Of a stretch of DNA of 64,000 nucleotides, positions 59,358 through 64,000 are shown one piece after another. Location of the stretch: NCBI GenBank assembly GCA_032718475.1, contig JAUCBJ010008121.1:45068-109067 (forward strand), written 5' to 3'. Position 1 is the first letter of the stretch; every line of letters starts with the position of its first letter. This DNA is from Nemertoderma westbladi. Lineage: Eukaryota > Animalia > Xenacoelomorpha. Position numbers and translations under genes: made by a program. The notes beneath the pieces are model-generated. The model saw only the letters and a program-made list of their open reading frames with translations. It did not search any database and was not told the origin of the DNA.

Positions 59358-60121
59358 ATAAACCAATGATCAGAGTTTCGGAATACTCGATCAGACCTCC
59401 TCATTCCCTAGTGAGACCTCAGACTCTTGATCCTATTAGTATGACGGATCCTCCCGAGCTGTACTCACTGTTCAAAGATCTAGTGTTACCTGAACAATTA
59501 GTCGGTGGCACCCCGGTTGTGGGCTTCCTAGATATTAGCCCATCCTACCTAGCCGGATTGGGACGCGGACATTTAATATCGCCGTTTAACCCTTACCATC
59601 GTCCCGGCTTAACACGATATAACCTGTCACCAAAGTGGCGGAGAGCATTGTACCAAATGAGTTAGACGCTATTCTACAAAGATCAGAAAAGGAACTTACG
59701 CTTATTCAGATAAACGTAAATTGCACTAGCAAGTCCAAGCCTTATCTCAGTTCGATCGGGAAATCCAGAATCTCTAAGAAGTTATCGAACTTGGACGACC
59801 CTATTCTCTGCGAGAGTTTTTGGATGAACATATCCAGCTACGAGCGGAGGAAAATCAGCTCGAGGAGAAGCATATCGAAACGGCTGATACCCCGACCATA
59901 ATCCTACACCTTCTGATGCAATCATATTGCACCCTTCACCCAGGAGTTATGGCCCTCCTAGTAAAGTGGCTCCCCCCAAAGAGAAAAGGACTCTTGCTAG
60001 CTTTAAAAAACTGCGTAAACGCCGTCCACGCAAGACAGACTAACTGTTTAGAGTATTTTTATATTTTAGAAACTGTGATTTTTTATATTTTATAGAATTA
60101 AATCCCATTTTCTGGGAGCGG

Positions 60122-61227
60122 TGTAAAAGCTTTTGTGGGATATAACTGGCCTTTTCCATTTGTAATCCAGTTTTCCCCCATTCGCTCAAATCCTCTAAAC
60201 TGTTGCTTCTAGTGGCACAATCCGCCTGCTGGTTGGCTGATTTGCTGTACTTGTGTAGCCTCTTTGTTCCGTTCGATCAACCAATCAGAACAACAGTTGA
60301 CCAATCACAGTGATAGATTACCTCTTTGTGTGTAAAATGTATACCACGAATCACATGATTCAGTAATGACGTTTTTCCCAGCTTAGAACATCATCGGCTG
60401 TGGAATGTTTCTGAATTTTCCAACATTAGAACGTCTTTAATTATAAGATCACAAAACTGTTATCTTGGTTAACTTGGCACACTACCTACCTGGTCTGGCA
60501 CGGTACTGCATACTACGTGCTGTAAACTCAAACTGCTTTTCACCGCATTATTTACTGCTATTTACGGTTTGTTATTAAATGTATCATTCGTTTGCATATT
60601 GTTATTTGGAGAATATTGATAAACGATCAGAAACCCCAATCTTCTTGATACACTAAGGTTAGAGAGACCGGTTACATATAGCAATTGCGACATACATTAT
60701 CGTGGTTTGTAGTGAATTCAATGCTACTTAATAGGCCCTACAAATGTCGGTTGCTGTTCTCTTTATACATGATTAAAATCAGTGAATATCGGCAATTCAG
60801 TGTGCAGTGGTGTGCAATAGTCTGTATGTGCTTGACCGAGTAACAAAGCATTTCCTAAAGAATGCACCTTTTGTGATCTATAAGCCATCCCGTTGTGTAT
60901 AGTGTAAGTCATAACTCTGTTTATATGGATAGAGCGCCACGTCCTAAAGGAACTGCTAATATTTCCCGAAAGTGAATAATATTTGTCAGAGATTATATAT
61001 TAACGATCAATCGAATAGTACGGTAGGCCTGCACCGCAATCAAATTAAAGCATCCGAATCCAGTCTCCCGGGTATATCCAGCGGGTGAATGGTCGCGCAT
61101 AGACTGGCTTCGGCTAATGTTGGATTTATTTGTATCAAATACTTGTCATAGGCTAAAGTCGATTTATAACCTAGAAGACATATAGATTTGGCGGGTTAAA
61201 CTGCCAAAGGTCTTAAAAGCGCGAACA
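60122..61227 (+). repeat. 3' LTR of Bel/Pao copy 2
   Basis: TGTAAAAGCTTTTG...AAAAGCGCGAACA; the 3' half aligns with the copy-1 LTRs. Confidence 0.9.
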
Positions 61228-61697
61228 GAGAGATTTTAGAAAGTCAAATTTTCGTCAGAACCATATTTGTTAACTCACAAACCTACAGAATCAATTAGTT
61301 TTCATTTAATTCCATTTAATTTAATTTAATTCAAAGCGAAATATAAATCATATGACAGCGAAGACTTTACTAACATATCTGTAGTGGAGATTGCCTTGTT
61401 TACAGATTTCACCCACTCTTTGTTCTCATTGTATTGTGTTATCACACCGTATTTCCAGCTTCAGTCAGTCAATTATTATCACTCTGTAATATTATTGGTT
61501 CCCAATTGGCTATCGCACATCTATACGTAGCTAGGAGACATACATCTTTTTGTGGTGGTTAGTTCCAAGTGTTAGTTTTTAGTGCAGTTACTGTTTTCCA
61601 GTTTACTGTTCAGATTACATTTCACGTATTTATCACACATTATGTTTCTTTACTTTATCGTTATGGTGACCACTGACCACTCATGGTTCACCATAAT

Positions 61698-62119
61698 GGC
61701 ACTGGTTCGATATGGGTAGGCCTACCGAGTTTTTTTTTATATTTGTAACTATATTACTATTCTAGAACACACTGTATACACTATACACTGTATTGGTACC
61801 CCCTTTATATCTTTATTTATTTGGTTAGGTTTGGGTTACAGTGATTAGGTTATGTTGATTGGGTTACGGTGATTTGGCTAAGTTGAACTAGTTGGCCGGG
61901 GGGACGCGCTTCGTGCGTACTCGCTTCGCTCGCCCTGCCAATTAGGGGTAGGGTAAGATTTTGGTTAGGGTTAGAGTTCAACTCGCCCATTTACCAAATG
62001 TGCTTGGTATTATTAATACATTGTGTTCTAGAACAGTACGGTAATATAGTAACAAATAAACAATTGTAAAATGTAACAAAAAAAATCAGAAATCTCCATA
62101 CCCATATCGAACCAGTACC
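61698..62119. mobile_element. Mutator-like MITE with 9-bp TSD
   Basis: CACCATAAT|GGCACTGGTTCGATATGGGTA...TACCCATATCGAACCAGTACC|CACCATAAT. Confidence 0.85.
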
Positions 62120-62196
62120 CACCATAATATCAAAGCAAACTATTTTCTTCCTCTATGGTTAACATCAATACGGGGGTTACCAAACCGGCATACAGG

Positions 62197-62961
62197 TCAA
62201 TGGTATTTAACCTTCCTGCAAAGTTGTGAGCCCCGGGGCATTGTTGTCCACATTGGCCTTCCAGTTAGAAGGTAGGTCGATATATGGTCGCAATTACACG
62301 CGGTTAAATTGTACCTAACCGGTACCCCGACCAATCGTGACAGCCTGTAAAATACTTTGCTTAAGTTTATGTCGCCACGCCGCATGTTGAACTGTCTCAT
62401 GAATGTTGTGTCAATACACAACGGACAAGGATTTTGAAGGAAAGCTTGGGTTGCTGGTCGGATTAGAACCTTGGGTGAAAGTTCACCACTATCCAGCTGT
62501 AGCTCTATAAGGTCTGATGTAGGTTCGTGTTCATGGTTTAGCAACACAGCCGTATGAAAATATTTTTTGCTTCCATTATTAGGAAGAGTCCAAAATCCAG
62601 TTGGAGTCGTTTGCCTTTCAAAAACGACCTTAGCTCCGGTAAGATAGTCTTTTAGTAAATTAAATTCTTCAAACGTGTCGGATATGTTCGATGCAATGTA
62701 GCTAGCTTCAATGACGGCATATCTTTCTTCCAAATTAAAGATGGGATGACGATGTCCATCTGTTTGCATTTGTTGACCTCCATAATGGTGCTGAACTGCT
62801 CGACGAAACTCATTGAGAAGTTTTCTTCTTGTCAATCCGGGCAGACCTAAGAATATGCCAATAGGCCCATCATCCAATATTGTCTCAAATTCAATTTCAT
62901 CATCACTCTCTTGGTAAAAGTTTGCAACCAAAAACCTCAGTGAATCTTGGACACTATTCAT
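62197..62961 (-). CDS. H-box/NC (LRAT/PLAAT-like, permuted NlpC/P60) protein, 254 aa
   Basis: H-box YFHTAVL precedes YNLTACNCDHISTYLLTG, matching the YxLxxxNCxHF...G signature. ATG start, single ORF. Confidence 0.75.
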   Translation of the reverse strand: MNSVQDSLRFLVANFYQESDDEIEFETILDDGPIGIFLGLPGLTRRKLLNEFRRAVQHHYGGQQMQTDGHRHPIFNLEERYAVIEASYIASNISDTFEEFNLLKDYLTGAKVVFERQTTPTGFWTLPNNGSKKYFHTAVLLNHEHEPTSDLIELQLDSGELSPKVLIRPATQAFLQNPCPLCIDTTFMRQFNMRRGDINLSKVFYRLSRLVGVPVRYNLTACNCDHISTYLLTGRPMWTTMPRGSQLCRKVKYH

Positions 62962-64000
62962 TATTTTACGATAGAATGTAATTCAATTTACTAAGAATTT
63001 TTATTTGAATGTCGAATGATTGTCACTAATTAATTTAAGCTAATAATTATATGTAATTCTGTTGCCATCGTAACACAATTTATTGTAAAAGGAGTCGACC
63101 TCAACATGGGAGATTATTAAACACGTGGGAGATTATTAAATTTTTATACTATTATACTATTTAAACTATTAAATTTCTTAGTGTTTTAATTTAATATTTG
63201 TTTATAATAAAAAGTCTTTATAATTCAAAAAATAATAATTCTCTTTAGTTGAAGTGGGATCTTATAACATCATTTAATACATTTTGAATTTATGAATTGT
63301 CAAAAACTACTGGAATTTTCTTGTACTGTAGAGTTTTTTTTTCACCATCGAATTTTAACCATCCGCTCCCAATTTTTTTCATCTCTTTTTTTTTAACCAT
63401 TTGAACTTCATTTTTGAGATTTTTGCAATATTTTGCGACATATTGTCATATTTTGCCATGTTTTTATCCAAATCTTTAAGTTTTTAACCATTTTGTCAAA
63501 ATTAAAGGCTTCTTTATTTCTTTAACCATTAACCATCGGGTCAGAATCTTTACTAAATGGTTTAAAAAAAACTCTACAGTAGTTTGACAATTTTTGTCAG
63601 TCTGGTAATTATATTGGACAGACCATTTGGATTGGTGCAACTCTACAATCAATGAAACTACATTATTTACGTATGAACTTCCAACCATATTGCGCTCATA
63701 TACAGTAGAGTCTGAACATGTGAACAATTTTCAGGAAAGTGGTATACATCCATTCTTAAACGAAAAATTTTGTGAAATTTGGTGACAATAATTTGGGATA
63801 AGTTAGTGTAAAAAAAGTAGTTGAAATTTTACTGTAGTTTGACATTTTTTGTCAGTCTGGTAAAACCAACGTTGAAGCAGTAAGAGCAATTTGGAGTTAG
63901 CATGACACAGGGATTTTCAATTCAATGGAGTTTAAACTTATTTTGAATCAGCCACATCAGAAAGGGATGCAGAAAAAGTGCCAAAAACATACCAAAATCG

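Larger units (their letters stand above)
50720..61227 (+). mobile_element. Bel/Pao copy 2, 5'-truncated and decayed
   Basis: Colinear with copy 1 from mid-gag to the 3' LTR. PPT GGGAGCGG at 60114-60121. Confidence 0.93.

Overview
Eukaryotic (probably invertebrate animal; species not determinable) AT-rich, transposon-dense window. From left to right it contains: the GIY-YIG end of a Penelope-like element, cut by a large Bel/Pao LTR retrotransposon (378-23011, minus strand) with an intact 2683-aa Gag-Pol. That element carries a nested Ngaro-type tyrosine-recombinase retrotransposon with split direct repeats (13970-20786). Next come a C/A-rich minisatellite, several MITEs and LINE fragments, a Penelope-type hammerhead motif, and a three-exon MLH3 gene (30360-39018). 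These are followed by two identical tRNA-Arg(ACG) genes, RTE-like and other LINE relics, a second decayed Bel/Pao copy in the opposite orientation (50720-61227), and an intronless H-box/NC (LRAT-like) gene. Best leads: (i) an in-frame splice that would fuse the Ngaro Gag N-terminus to its ATG-less recombinase; (ii) an unidentified, non-env accessory coding module at the env position of both Bel/Pao copies; (iii) an MLH3 with a degenerate ATPase but intact endonuclease motifs and an SQ/TQ repeat. All family calls come from manual motif recognition, not from database searches.
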